From contig CAVYSW010000009.1 of assembly GCA_963771275.1 (NCBI GenBank), forward strand, positions 352,001-416,000: DNA of 64,000 nt, given 5' to 3'. The notes under the pieces were generated by a model. The model was not told the origin of the DNA, made no database searches, and saw only the letters and a list, made by a program, of their open reading frames with translations. Positions 29,722 to 39,734 of this stretch are shown piece by piece. This DNA is from an uncultured Gemmatimonadales bacterium (GTDB taxonomy: Bacteria; Gemmatimonadota; Gemmatimonadetes; Gemmatimonadales; GWC2-71-9). The position numbers and the translations under genes are program-made. The stretch's first letter is position 1, and the number at the start of each line of letters is the position of its first letter.

Positions 29722-31182
29722 TCACTTGTTGATCACCTCCAGCAGGAACTGCGCGACGCGCGGATCGTGCGACTGTCCGAGCCAGAAGATCGCCTTGCTG
29801 CGCAGCTCGCGGTTCGGCTCGGCGCGCGCGATGCTCATCAGCTTGTCCACGGCCGCCGCGTCCTTGCTCTGCGAGAACCCGAAGATCAGCTGTTCCTTGA
29901 TTTCCGTGTCGCTTGCCCTGTCGTACAGCCGGGCCAGGTCGGCGAACGGGACCGCTTTGCTCTGCGCGGCCCAGAACAGCGCCGTCTTGCGGAGCTCGAC
30001 GGGACTATTGGCATCGAGCGCCACGTCCAGCAACCAGCGGCCGTTTTCCTCCATGGGATTCTGCGCGAGCGCGAACAGCACCTTCTCCTTGAGCACCGTG
30101 CTCGAGGTCTTGGCGTAGAAGTCCTTGAGATACTGCGCGTTGCCGGCGGACTGCCCCATCCAGAAGATGATGTTCTCCTTGATGTCGTCCGGCGTGTCGG
30201 CGCGCTCGAGGTGCGCCCGGAGCGCACGACCCGCCGCCGAGTCCTTGATCTGACCGAGCGCGAAGATCGTCTTCTCCTGAAGCTCGCGATCGATGGTCGA
30301 CCGCAGAATCGAGTCCAGGGCGCCCACGGCCTCCGAGGAGGGAACCTGGGAGAGCCAGAACACCGCGTTCTCGCGAACTTCGGGGTCCGGGTCGCTCCGC
30401 ACGGCGTCCAGCAGGATCTTCGCCGTCTCGGGCGACTTCTTCTGCGAGACCAGGAACACCGCCTGGCGCCGCAGGCACACCGACCCCTCGTCGCGCCGCT
30501 GCAGGACCTGGCGCAGGATCGGGATCGCCTGCTCCGCCTGCATCTGCAGCAGCGCATTGAGGGCGATCAGGCGGTCGTCGTCCTCGTCGCTGCAGCCGCC
30601 CTGGGAGTGCCCCACACCACGGCCTACTCCGGCGCCGCGTCCCACCCCCACCCCCACCCCCACCCCACCCCTGGGGGCGGCAGGGACGGCGGGAGCGGCA
30701 GGGACCGCCGCCGCGGCAGGCGGGGCAGCGGCGCTCGCCACCGCCGCCGCCGCGTCCGCATCGCCGAGGCGCGCCAGCTCGCCCTGCACCTGGATCTTGA
30801 GGCCCCGCGCGTCGCGCGCGGTGCGCGCGTCGGGATGCCGCTCCAGCTGCCGGTCGAGCAGCACCAGTGCGCCACGCAGGTCGGCCGTCGAGGCCAGCCT
30901 GCTCATCGCAAACGCCTGCCAGTAGTAGGAATCCGCCGCGTAGCCCGACCGGGGATAGCGGTCGCGCAGCGCCTGGAACTCGCGCGCCGCAGCCCGGTAG
31001 TCGCCGCGGTTCAGCGCGCCGCGGGCGGAGCGGTAGAGCGAGTCGCCGGGGTCCTGCGCAAGCCACGGGGCCGGGGCTTCGATCGCGGGCTGTTGGGCCG
31101 CGGGTTGAACCGGTTCCGTCGCCGTGCCCAGCAGCAGGGCGCTCAGCGCCCCCATCGCCAACATCGTGTGGAACGTCGTCAT
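29722..31182 (-). CDS. Exported TPR-like plus HEAT-repeat protein
   Basis: Signal peptide; LY..AR..L..GDY...YP.S..A.D.YYW; several A.FWL.Q repeats; PA/GV-rich linker. Confidence 0.85.
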   Translation of the reverse strand: MTTFHTMLAMGALSALLLGTATEPVQPAAQQPAIEAPAPWLAQDPGDSLYRSARGALNRGDYRAAAREFQALRDRYPRSGYAADSYYWQAFAMSRLASTADLRGALVLLDRQLERHPDARTARDARGLKIQVQGELARLGDADAAAAVASAAAPPAAAAVPAAPAVPAAPRGGVGVGVGVGRGAGVGRGVGHSQGGCSDEDDDRLIALNALLQMQAEQAIPILRQVLQRRDEGSVCLRRQAVFLVSQKKSPETAKILLDAVRSDPDPEVRENAVFWLSQVPSSEAVGALDSILRSTIDRELQEKTIFALGQIKDSAAGRALRAHLERADTPDDIKENIIFWMGQSAGNAQYLKDFYAKTSSTVLKEKVLFALAQNPMEENGRWLLDVALDANSPVELRKTALFWAAQSKAVPFADLARLYDRASDTEIKEQLIFGFSQSKDAAAVDKLMSIARAEPNRELRSKAIFWLGQSHDPRVAQFLLEVINK

Positions 31183-31844
31183 CAGAGTGTCCCTCCCATG
31201 GCCAGGCGCTCGGCGCGGCTCGGCAGGTTCGCACGCAGCCGCAGCAGCACCGATCGATCCTTGATTCCCTGTTCGATGAAGCCGAAGTCCAGGGCATCGC
31301 CCGCCTCGGCGTACGCCGCGATCTGGACCAGCACCAGCTCGATGTCGTCGAGCAACGGCCCGAGCGCGACATCCCGCCCCGCCGGCGAGTCCCTGAGCAG
31401 TCGGGTCCGCTGCAACAGCTGCCGGACGGGCTGCTCGATCTCGCCAATCCGATTGGGTTCTCGTCCCGCCTCGGTCGAAAACACCGAGAGGAACGTCTCG
31501 ACGCGGCTCAGGTGCTCGCCGGCCGCGAGGCGGTACGCCGCCGGGAGTTGCGCGGGGGCGGGCCCGGTCGCCGAGGGCGGGGCCACCGGAGCCGTCCCAC
31601 CCCGGGCCGTGTAGCGTCCGATGGCCACTCCCATCGCCAGCGTGGCCGCGAGCCCGACCCCCCATGCCACCCAGCGCAGCGGCGAGCGGGTCTGCCCGCC
31701 TGGCGCCCGGCGGCGCCGTCGGGCACGCTCGCTCCCAATCCGGTCCCACAACTCGGCCCGCGGCGTCTCTGGGGGCCGGTTGTAGCTCTCCGCCAGATTC
31801 CGGATCATGGCGTCCGTCTTCTCATCGTCCGTCATACGGCCCAC
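31182..31844 (-). CDS. Putative membrane anti-sigma factor (no Zn motif)
   Basis: Directly downstream of the ECF sigma gene; single TM. Confidence 0.65.
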   Translation of the reverse strand: MGRMTDDEKTDAMIRNLAESYNRPPETPRAELWDRIGSERARRRRRAPGGQTRSPLRWVAWGVGLAATLAMGVAIGRYTARGGTAPVAPPSATGPAPAQLPAAYRLAAGEHLSRVETFLSVFSTEAGREPNRIGEIEQPVRQLLQRTRLLRDSPAGRDVALGPLLDDIELVLVQIAAYAEAGDALDFGFIEQGIKDRSVLLRLRANLPSRAERLAMGGTL

Positions 31845-32374
31845 TCTCCCGCGAAATCCACCAGCGCGTCGCGCAACCGCGCCCGGGCCCGAAACAGCTG
31901 GGCTTTCGAGGTACCGACCGGCACGCCCAGCGCCCCACCGATCTCCTCATGTGTGTAGCCCTCGACGTCGTGCATCACGAACACCATCCGCAGCTTGGGC
32001 GGCAGCCCCTCGATCGCCTCGCGCAGCCGGCGGCGGAGGTCCGGCTCCGCCCGGCGCGGCTGGTGTCCCAACCCGGCTGCCTCCGCCTCCGGCAGCTCCC
32101 GCGCCCGGATCCGCCGCACCGTTCGCAGCGCGTTCAACACGACGGAGACCGCCACGGCGTGAATCCAGGTCCCGACCGACGCATCGCCACGGAACTCCGC
32201 CAGCCGCTCGAACACCCGCACGAACGCGTCCTGCGTGCAGTCCCGCGCCAGGGCGTCGTCACCTGTCATCCGGTACGCCAGCCGGTAGACCCGATCCACA
32301 TGGGCCTCGTACAGCTCACGTTCCGCAGCGGCCTCGCCGGACAGCACCCGCGCGATCAGGTGTCGTTCGTCCAC
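31832..32374 (-). CDS. ECF RNA polymerase sigma factor
   Basis: TQDAF.R, FRG, TWIH, VFVMHDVEGYTHEEI, GTSKAQLFRAR. Confidence 0.93.
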   Translation of the reverse strand: MDERHLIARVLSGEAAAERELYEAHVDRVYRLAYRMTGDDALARDCTQDAFVRVFERLAEFRGDASVGTWIHAVAVSVVLNALRTVRRIRARELPEAEAAGLGHQPRRAEPDLRRRLREAIEGLPPKLRMVFVMHDVEGYTHEEIGGALGVPVGTSKAQLFRARARLRDALVDFAGEWAV

Positions 32375-32415
32375 TGGACTCCCGGAGTCAGAAGGTCTTA
32401 CGGCTCCAATCCTGT

Positions 32416-32440
32416 GACACGGTGGGGTGGGAAAGGGTTA
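32416..32440 (-). promoter_or_regulatory. ECF-type promoter candidate
   Basis: TAAC-N17-TGTC upstream of the sigma gene. Confidence 0.5.
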
Positions 32441-32510
32441 CATGGAAGGGAGAGGCGGTAGGAGCGGCAGGGGCGGTGGAAGCGGCCTGGGCAGGCTGCC
32501 CTCCCCCTCC

Positions 32511-33308
32511 CTACAGGCCGCGCAGCACGCCGCGCACCACGGTCTCGAGTTTCCCGGTCACCGCCCGTCCTGCCGCCAGCACCTCGTCGTGCGACAGCGG
32601 CGTGGCCGCGATGCCTGCAGCCAGGTTGGTGATCGTGGAAACGCCGAGCACCCGGAGGCCGCAGGCCCGTGCCACGATCACTTCGAGCACGGTCGACATG
32701 CCGACGGCGTCGGCGCCGAGCCGCTCGAGCATCCGGATCTCCGCCGGCGTCTCGAAGCTGGGACCGAGGAGGCCCGCGTACACGCCCTCGTGGAGCATGA
32801 TCCCCGCCGCGGCGGCGACGCGGCGTGCCAGCGCGCGGAGCCCGGCGTCGTACGCCTGCGACATGTCCGGGAACCGCAGCTCGCCAGGGAGGACCGGCCC
32901 CACGAGCGGCGAGCGGCCCGTCAGATTGAGATGATCCGTGATCAGCATGAGGGCGGGCGGCGTGAGGTGGGGCCGAATGCCGCCCGCGGCGTTCGTGACG
33001 ATCAGCGTGTCGATCCCGACCCCTGCCATCAGCCGGATCGGCCGGGTCACGACCTCCGGCGCATGCCCCTCATAGAGGTGGAGCCGGCCGCACTGCAGGA
33101 TGACCGGTACACCTTCGAGCGCCCCAACCAGGAACTCACCGCGATGGCCCGCCACTCCGGGCTCCGCCAGCCCCGGCAGGTCGCGAAACGGGACGGCCGC
33201 GCTCGGCTCGAGCGTGTCAGCGAGGCCGCCGAGTCCGGACCCGACCACGATGCCGACCCGGGGCTCGAGTCCCGCCAACCGCGCCCGCAGGTCCGCGCTG
33301 CCGCTCAT
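32511..33308 (-). CDS. Purine-nucleoside phosphorylase
   Basis: GSGLG, GH.G, GR.H.YEG, TNAAGG, GPSFETPAE, GMSTV.E, SHDEV. Confidence 0.94.
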   Translation of the reverse strand: MSGSADLRARLAGLEPRVGIVVGSGLGGLADTLEPSAAVPFRDLPGLAEPGVAGHRGEFLVGALEGVPVILQCGRLHLYEGHAPEVVTRPIRLMAGVGIDTLIVTNAAGGIRPHLTPPALMLITDHLNLTGRSPLVGPVLPGELRFPDMSQAYDAGLRALARRVAAAAGIMLHEGVYAGLLGPSFETPAEIRMLERLGADAVGMSTVLEVIVARACGLRVLGVSTITNLAAGIAATPLSHDEVLAAGRAVTGKLETVVRGVLRGL

Positions 33309-33376
33309 GCCGACCTCACATCCCCCGATGGTCCTCGGCGGCCTAACCCCATCCGGCTCGCCCTCGAACGGCCTGG

Positions 33377-34414
33377 CTACTGCAACAGGAACCGCAACAC
33401 GTAGTAGCAGATGCCGGCGATCCCGGCCGACAACGGGATCGTGAGCAGCCACGCCCACACGATCTGGCCGGCGAGGCCCCAGCGCACGGCAGAGATGCGG
33501 CGCGCGGCGCCCACCCCGGCGATCGCGCCGGTAATCACGTGGGTGGTGCTCACCGGGACGCCGAGGAAGGAGGCCAGGAAGACCGAAATGGCGCCACCGG
33601 TCTCGGCGCAGAAGCCGTGCACCGGCTTCAAGCGCGTGATGCGCGAGCCCATGGTGTGGACGATCCGCCAGCCACCGAAGAACGTGCCCATGGCGATCGC
33701 GAAGTGGGCTGACAGGATCACCCAGACGGGGATGACCTCTGCGGTCGTCAGGTGCAGCGCCGGCACCGGGAAGTTGGTGAACAGGTGCTGCGACGACACC
33801 AGCAGCCCCACGATGATGCCCATCGTCTTCTGGGCGTCGTTGGTCCCGTGGCTCAGGCTGTAGGCCGCCGCCGACACCAACTGGAAGCGTCGGAAGTGCT
33901 TGTCCACGCTCCGTGGGGTCGCGCGCCGGAGCGTCCAGGCGGTCACCACCATGAGGCTCAAGCCGAGGGCCATGCCCAGAATCGGCGCCACGAAGATGAA
34001 GGCGATAGGCATGACCCATCCGCCCAGGACCAGGGCGTTGATGCCGGCCTTGGCGACGGCCGCGCCGCCGTACCCGCCGATCAGCGCGTGGGACGAGCTG
34101 CACGGAATCCCCAGGTACCATGTGATGACGTCCCACGCGATGGCCCCAATGAGACCAGCCAGCACGACGATCGGATCCACGACCGAGAGGTGAATCAGGC
34201 CGCTGCCGATCGTCTTGGCGACGGCCGTGCCGAAGCCGAACGCGGCCACGAAATTGAAAAACGCCGCCCACGCCACCGCGGCGACCGGGGAGAGCACTCG
34301 CGTGGACACGACGGTCGCGATGCTGTTGGCGCTGTCGTGGAACCCGTTGACGAAATCGAAGAACAGCGCGACGCCGATGATCGCGAGGATGAACCAGACC
34401 GACTCGACGATCAT
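33377..34414 (-). CDS. pit: PiT-family inorganic phosphate transporter
   Basis: NGFHDSANSIAT, P.SSSHA, HGTNDAQK, PVSTTH. Confidence 0.94.
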   Translation of the reverse strand: MIVESVWFILAIIGVALFFDFVNGFHDSANSIATVVSTRVLSPVAAVAWAAFFNFVAAFGFGTAVAKTIGSGLIHLSVVDPIVVLAGLIGAIAWDVITWYLGIPCSSSHALIGGYGGAAVAKAGINALVLGGWVMPIAFIFVAPILGMALGLSLMVVTAWTLRRATPRSVDKHFRRFQLVSAAAYSLSHGTNDAQKTMGIIVGLLVSSQHLFTNFPVPALHLTTAEVIPVWVILSAHFAIAMGTFFGGWRIVHTMGSRITRLKPVHGFCAETGGAISVFLASFLGVPVSTTHVITGAIAGVGAARRISAVRWGLAGQIVWAWLLTIPLSAGIAGICYYVLRFLLQ

Positions 34415-35031
34415 GCGTTCTTCAGAACGATGGACTCGATGTCGTTGGCCACGTCCTCGGCTTCGTCGATCGCGCGCTCGAGGTTGTCGTAGATCTCCTT
34501 CCACTTGATGATGCGCAGCGGGTCCGTCTCGGTATCGAACAGCCGCCCGAGCATGTGCTGGTAGACGGTGTCCCCTTCCTCTTCCAGGCGCTTCGCGGCG
34601 ACGCAATGCGCCATCACGTCGTCCTTGGTCTTCAGCTTGGTCACGGCCAGCAGCAGCTCGGCGGTGATCCGCTCGACCACGTCGCACAGCTGGGCGATGC
34701 CTTCGGGCGTTCGCTCGACGCGGAAGATCTGCGCCCGCCGCGACGTGCCGTCGAGGGAGTCGATCACGTCGTCGAGGTCCGACGCGAGCAGATGGATGTC
34801 CTCGCGGTCGATCGGCGTGATGAACGTGCGGTCGAGCCGACGCACGACCTCGTGCGTGATGTCGTCGCATTCGTTCTCCAGCCGCTTGATCTGCTCGGCA
34901 AAATAGGCGGCCCGTTCGGGCTTGCCGGTGAGCAGCTCGCGCAGGTGCTTGGCGGCCTCCGCGGTGCGCCGGGACACTTCGACGAAAAGCTCGTAGAACT
35001 CTTCGTTACGGGGGAGAAGACGAAGGCGCAC
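34411..35031 (-). CDS. DUF47 (PhoU-like) Pit accessory protein
   Basis: E..CD.ITH, TFITPIDREDI, LDDVID, KWKEIY..LE; GGAGG RBS. Confidence 0.9.
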   Translation of the reverse strand: MRLRLLPRNEEFYELFVEVSRRTAEAAKHLRELLTGKPERAAYFAEQIKRLENECDDITHEVVRRLDRTFITPIDREDIHLLASDLDDVIDSLDGTSRRAQIFRVERTPEGIAQLCDVVERITAELLLAVTKLKTKDDVMAHCVAAKRLEEEGDTVYQHMLGRLFDTETDPLRIIKWKEIYDNLERAIDEAEDVANDIESIVLKNA

Positions 35032-35065
35032 CACGACCTCCAGCCTGGTGTGGGGGCACGCCCGG

Positions 35066-35102
35066 GTCACGAACGCGTCACAGGGCGTAACAGTCGCGTC
35101 AC
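35066..35102. promoter_or_regulatory. Pho-box-like direct repeats between DUF47/pit and phoB
   Basis: GTCAC 35066, GTCAC 35077, GTAAC 35087, GTCAC 35098. Confidence 0.6.
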
Positions 35103-35187
35103 AAACCGCGCGGAATCTCGCTGGCCGCCCCACCGGATGCAACGTACCAGATGCCGGATCGCGGATTCGCGCTATATTCGCCACTCG

Positions 35188-35895
35188 ATGAGCCATCACG
35201 TCCTCGTCGTGGACGACGAGCCCGACATCACGGCCCTCGTCGCGTACCATCTTGCCAAGGCGGGCTACCGGGTGACCACCGCGTCCTCCGGACCCGACGC
35301 CATCCGCATTGCCGAGGAGCAGGGACCCGACCTCGTCGTGCTGGACCTGATGCTGCCGGGCCTTTCCGGCTACGAGGTGCTGGAAGCGCTGCGGCGGCGC
35401 GCGCCGACCCAGGACATCGGCGTCCTCCTGCTGACGGCCAAGCGCGAGGAAGGCGACCGGATCAAGGGCCTCTCGCTCGGCGCGGACGACTATCTCGTGA
35501 AGCCGTTCGCGCCGCAGGAGCTCGTGCTGCGGGTGGGGGCGGTGCTCCGACGGCTCGCCGGCGGCGCGGTCGCCTCGGGCTCCAAGCTGGTCGCCGGGCC
35601 GCTCGTGATCGACCGCGCCGGCCACCGGGTGGCCGTGCACGGCAGCGAGATCGACCTCACCGCCACCGAGTACAAGCTGCTGGTCACCCTCGCCGAGCGG
35701 CGCGGCCGCGTCCAGACGCGGGCGCAGCTGCTCGAGACCGTGTGGGAGGCGCACCCCGACATCCAGACCCGGACGGTGGACATGCACATGCAGCGGCTCC
35801 GGGCCAAGCTCGGTCCCGCCGCCGAGTGGATCGAGACGGTGCGCGGCTTCGGCTACCGGTTCCGCGCCGCCGAAGGGTCGAAAGCGCGGCGATGA
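35188..35895 (+). CDS. phoB: OmpR/PhoB-family response regulator
   Basis: VVDDE, LDLMLPG, GADDY..KPF, TRTVD.H..RLR.KL, IETVRGFGY; phosphate gene context. Confidence 0.85.
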   Translation: MSHHVLVVDDEPDITALVAYHLAKAGYRVTTASSGPDAIRIAEEQGPDLVVLDLMLPGLSGYEVLEALRRRAPTQDIGVLLLTAKREEGDRIKGLSLGADDYLVKPFAPQELVLRVGAVLRRLAGGAVASGSKLVAGPLVIDRAGHRVAVHGSEIDLTATEYKLLVTLAERRGRVQTRAQLLETVWEAHPDIQTRTVDMHMQRLRAKLGPAAEWIETVRGFGYRFRAAEGSKARR

Positions 35896-37607
35896 GCTTC
35901 GGCGCCCGGATTCTGCTCGCCATGGTGGCGATCCTCCTGGTCACGGTCACCGGGTCGATGCTCATGGCGGATCGCTGGCTGCGCACCAGCCTCGAGCGCT
36001 CGCTGGTGGGCGAGATGCGGCGCGAGGCGGAGCTCGCCGCCGCGGCGCTGCCGCGGGACGCGGCGCTCGTGGCGGAGGCGACGCGCCGCTTGGGTACCCA
36101 GACCGCGCGCCGTCTGACGGTGATCGATTCCACCGGGCGCGTGATCGGCGATTCGGATTTCGACGACGCCAGCCTGCCGTTGCTGGAAAACCACCTCAGC
36201 CGGCCGGAGGTGCAGCAGGCGCTTGCCACCGGCCTCGGGACCTCGAAACGCTTCAGCGAGTCCACCAAGCACGCCGAGCTCAAGGTGGCGATCCACGCGT
36301 GGCCCGGTGTGGTCCGGTTCTCGGCGGCGATGGAGCAGGTGGACGACGTCGTCGCCGACGCGCGGCGCGCCGTGCTCGTGGCCGCGTTGGTGGCCCTGCT
36401 GCTCGGCGTCGGGCTGGCGTGGATCGGTGGACGCGAAGTGGGGCGGCCCCTCGCCCAGCTCAGCGCGGCTGCCCGCAGCGTCGCGCGCGGACAGGCGCCG
36501 GTCTACCCCGCGGCCCGGGCCACGGAGATCCGGCAGCTGGTCCATGCGTTCCGCACGATGCAGGAGGAGCTGACCGCCCGGATGGCGGCACTGACCCGTG
36601 GGCGAGAGGAGACAAGCGCCATCATCGAGTCCATGGTGGAGAGCGTGGCCGCGGTAGACGCGCAGGGAGACGTGCAGGTGTGCAACTCGGCGCTGCGCCG
36701 CCTCGTGCGCTACGGACCGGACGCGCCGCTCCCCAGCCTGCGGGAGATCTTCCGCTCCGTGGAGGCGCGTGAAGTGCTGGATCAGGCGTTGGACGGCCGC
36801 GTGGTGCTCGGCCGCGAGGTCTCGCTGGACGACCGCACCGTGCTCGCCACCGCCCGGCCGCTCCCCACGGGCGGGGCCGTGATCTGCCTACACGACGTCA
36901 CGGACCTCCGGCGCCTGGAAACGGTACGCCGCGATTTCGTCGCGAACGTGACGCACGAGCTCAAGACGCCGCTCACCAGCATTGCGGGCTACGCGGACAC
37001 GCTGCTCACCGATCAGCCGGACCGCGAGACGACGGAGCGGTTTCTCACCGTGATCCGCAGCAACGCGGAGCGGATGCACCGGCTGGTGGACGAGCTGCTC
37101 GACCTCGCCAAGCTGGAATCGGGCGCCTGGCGGCCCCAGGTGGCGGAGGTCGATCCCCGTGCGGCGGCCGACGCCGCCTGGTCGGAGCTCGCCGATCGCG
37201 CCGCCGCCGCGCACGTCGCCTTCACGGCCTCGGCCCCGACGGACCTCCGGGTCTGGGCAGACCCCGAGGCCCTGCGCCAGATCCTGACCAACCTGTTCGA
37301 CAACGCCCTGCGCCACACCCCGGCGGGCGGGAGCATCGACTTCACCGCCAGCGCCGTCGATCAAGCGGCTCAGTTGGTGGTGCGCGATACCGGGAGCGGC
37401 ATCCCCGACGAACACGTGCCGCGCGTGTTCGAGCGCTTCTACCGCGTGGACCCGGCGCGCTCGCGCGAGCACGGGGGCACCGGGCTCGGTCTGTCGATCG
37501 TGAAGCACTTGGTGGAGGCGCACGGCGGGCGCGTCGATCTCAGCAGCGCGCTGGGACGCGGCACCACGGTGCGCATCGTCTTTCCGGAACCGGCCGCCAC
37601 GGACTGA
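35892..37607 (+). CDS. phoR: PhoR-like sensor histidine kinase
   Basis: Two TMs, HAMP, PAS-like region, RRDFVANV.HELKTPLT, FERFYRVD, GGTGLGL. Confidence 0.85.
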   Translation: MSFGARILLAMVAILLVTVTGSMLMADRWLRTSLERSLVGEMRREAELAAAALPRDAALVAEATRRLGTQTARRLTVIDSTGRVIGDSDFDDASLPLLENHLSRPEVQQALATGLGTSKRFSESTKHAELKVAIHAWPGVVRFSAAMEQVDDVVADARRAVLVAALVALLLGVGLAWIGGREVGRPLAQLSAAARSVARGQAPVYPAARATEIRQLVHAFRTMQEELTARMAALTRGREETSAIIESMVESVAAVDAQGDVQVCNSALRRLVRYGPDAPLPSLREIFRSVEAREVLDQALDGRVVLGREVSLDDRTVLATARPLPTGGAVICLHDVTDLRRLETVRRDFVANVTHELKTPLTSIAGYADTLLTDQPDRETTERFLTVIRSNAERMHRLVDELLDLAKLESGAWRPQVAEVDPRAAADAAWSELADRAAAAHVAFTASAPTDLRVWADPEALRQILTNLFDNALRHTPAGGSIDFTASAVDQAAQLVVRDTGSGIPDEHVPRVFERFYRVDPARSREHGGTGLGLSIVKHLVEAHGGRVDLSSALGRGTTVRIVFPEPAATD

Positions 37608-37703
37608 GTCCATTCGCCCCCGCGGCATCACCGCCAGCCGCTCGGGCGCCGACCGCGCTCCGTGAAGCCAGCATGAAACCATCTTCAGAGTCGGATCGGG
37701 TTC

Positions 37704-37746
37704 TTGAACGCGAGGCGGTCCTTGGCCATTTTGCCAAATAAGAAAT
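37704..37746 (+). promoter_or_regulatory. Sigma70-like promoter overlapped by probable ArsR operator
   Basis: TTGAAC-N17-CATTTT; inverted repeat TTGGC-N6-GCCAA followed by ATAAGAAAT. Confidence 0.5.
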
Positions 37747-37767
37747 ATCGACCTACGGAGGGCGACG

Positions 37768-38088
37768 ATGCATCGGTCAATCCGCCTGCGGTACCAGAGT
37801 CGCGCCCAGGTCCTCAAGGCGCTGGCCCATCCCACCCGGTTGTTCATCGTGGAGGAGCTGGGACGCCGGCAGCGGTGTGTCTGCGAGCTGACGGCCATGA
37901 TCGGCGCCGACGTATCCACCGTGTCCAGGCACCTCACTGTGCTCAAGCACGCCGGCATCGTGGACGACGAGAAGCGCGGCACGCAGGTCTTCTACACCCT
38001 CCGGGTGCCATGCGTGCTCAGCTGGTATACCTGCGTCGAAGGCGTTCTGAAGGCGACGGCCCGGCGACACCAGCTCGCCGTAGGCTGA
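37768..38088 (+). CDS. ArsR/SmtB family repressor
   Basis: KALAHPTRL, CVCEL, STVSRHL. Confidence 0.92.
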   Translation: MHRSIRLRYQSRAQVLKALAHPTRLFIVEELGRRQRCVCELTAMIGADVSTVSRHLTVLKHAGIVDDEKRGTQVFYTLRVPCVLSWYTCVEGVLKATARRHQLAVG

Positions 38089-38109
38089 CCCGGACGGGAG
38101 GAGTCGAGG

Positions 38110-39421
38110 ATGTTCTGGAAATACGAGTGGAAGGCGTTGGGGCTGATTCTCGGCGGGTTCGCGCTGGCATACTACCTCCCGGTGGAAGCCCTGCAGGCGG
38201 CACTCCCGGTCCCGGCCGCGGCGGCCGAGTCGCTGCTGCTGGTGCGGTGGTACGCGCGCGAGCACGTGCTGCTCTGCCTCGTGCCGGCGTTCTTCATCGC
38301 CGGGGCGATCGGCGTGTTCATCAGCCAGGGCGCCGTCATGCGGTACCTGGGAGCGGGCGCCAAGAAAGTCCTGGCGTACGGCGTGGCGTCGGTGTCCGGC
38401 TCGATCCTGGCCGTGTGTTCCTGCACCGTCCTGCCGCTGTTCGCCGGGATCTACAAGCGCGGAGCGGGTCTCGGCCCGGCCACCGCGTTCCTGTATTCGG
38501 GGCCCGCGATCAACGTCCTGGCGATCATCCTCACGGCGCGCGTGCTCGGCATGGAGCTGGGCGTGGCCCGCGCCGTGGGGGCCGTGGCGTTCAGCATCGT
38601 GGTCGGGCTGCTCATGTACCTCGTCTTCCGCCGCGAAGAGGTGGCCAAGGCCGCCGAGCAGGCGGCGATGCCGGTTCCCGAGGTGAGTCGGCCGCTGTGG
38701 CAGAACGCGGTGTTCTTCGCCGTCCATGATCGGGATCCTGGTCTTCGCCAACTGGGGCGCCCCGGCATCGGCCACCGGGTTCTGGCAGACGGTCTACGCG
38801 GCCAAGTGGTATGTGACCGGGCTGTTCGCGCTCATCCTCGCGGGGACCCTGGTGGCCTGGTTCCGGCTCACCTGGACGCGCGTCGCGGTCCCCGCGGTCG
38901 CCGTCGCCGGCGCGGGCGTCGGCTTCTCCCAGCATCCCATGGTGCCGTTCACGGTAGGCGTCGTGGGGCTCTCGGCGGTCACCACCGCGGACGACGGCGA
39001 GCTGCGTGAGTGGTTCGCCGCCTCGTGGGGCTTCGCCAAGCAGATCCTCCCGTTGCTGCTGCTCGGCGTGCTGGTGGCGGGACTGCTGCTCGGGCGCCCG
39101 GGCCACGAGGGTCTCATCCCGTCACGATGGATCGCGGCGGCGCTCGGCGGGAACTCGCTCGGCGCCAACCTCTTCGCGTCGGTCGCCGGCGCCCTGATGT
39201 ACTTCGCCACGCTCACCGAGGTCCCCATTGTCCAAGGGCTGCTTGGCGCCGGCATGGGCAAGGGCCCGGCCCTCGCGTTGCTGTTGGCCGGGCCGGCGCT
39301 GTCCCTGCCGAGCATGCTGGTGATCCGCAGCATCATGGGGACGAAGAAGACGCTGGTGTTCGTGTCGCTCACGGTGGTCATGGCGACCCTCACCGGCCTG
39401 GTGTTCGGAGCGCTGGCGTGA
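38110..39421 (+). CDS. DUF318/ArsP-like permease (frameshift near 38725)
   Basis: VCSCTVLPLF, FLYSGPAIN; after the shift MYFATLTEVPI, LLAGPALSLP. Confidence 0.88.
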
Positions 39422-39734
39422 GGACAAGGGGAGAACACGATCGGCGCTGACGGATCTGGCGCGCGCGGCCTTGGTGAGGACGGCCATGGATGCCCTCGAC
39501 GTGGTGGAAGGGGTTGGCGCGGTCGTCCTGCTGTTCGTGCTCTACGGCATGAGCATGCGTGGCACCCGAGGAGGTGCGGGCTGCGCGTCGTGCGGGACGA
39601 TTCGCGCCCGGGTCTCGGCGGTCGGGCAGCCCCCGATCCTGGACGACGTGGCGACGGCACGGAGCGGCGGCGACGGTCTGCGTGGGAGTGCCGGCGATGC
39701 GCAGCCGGCCAGGAACCCGGAGATGGGAGGCAGT

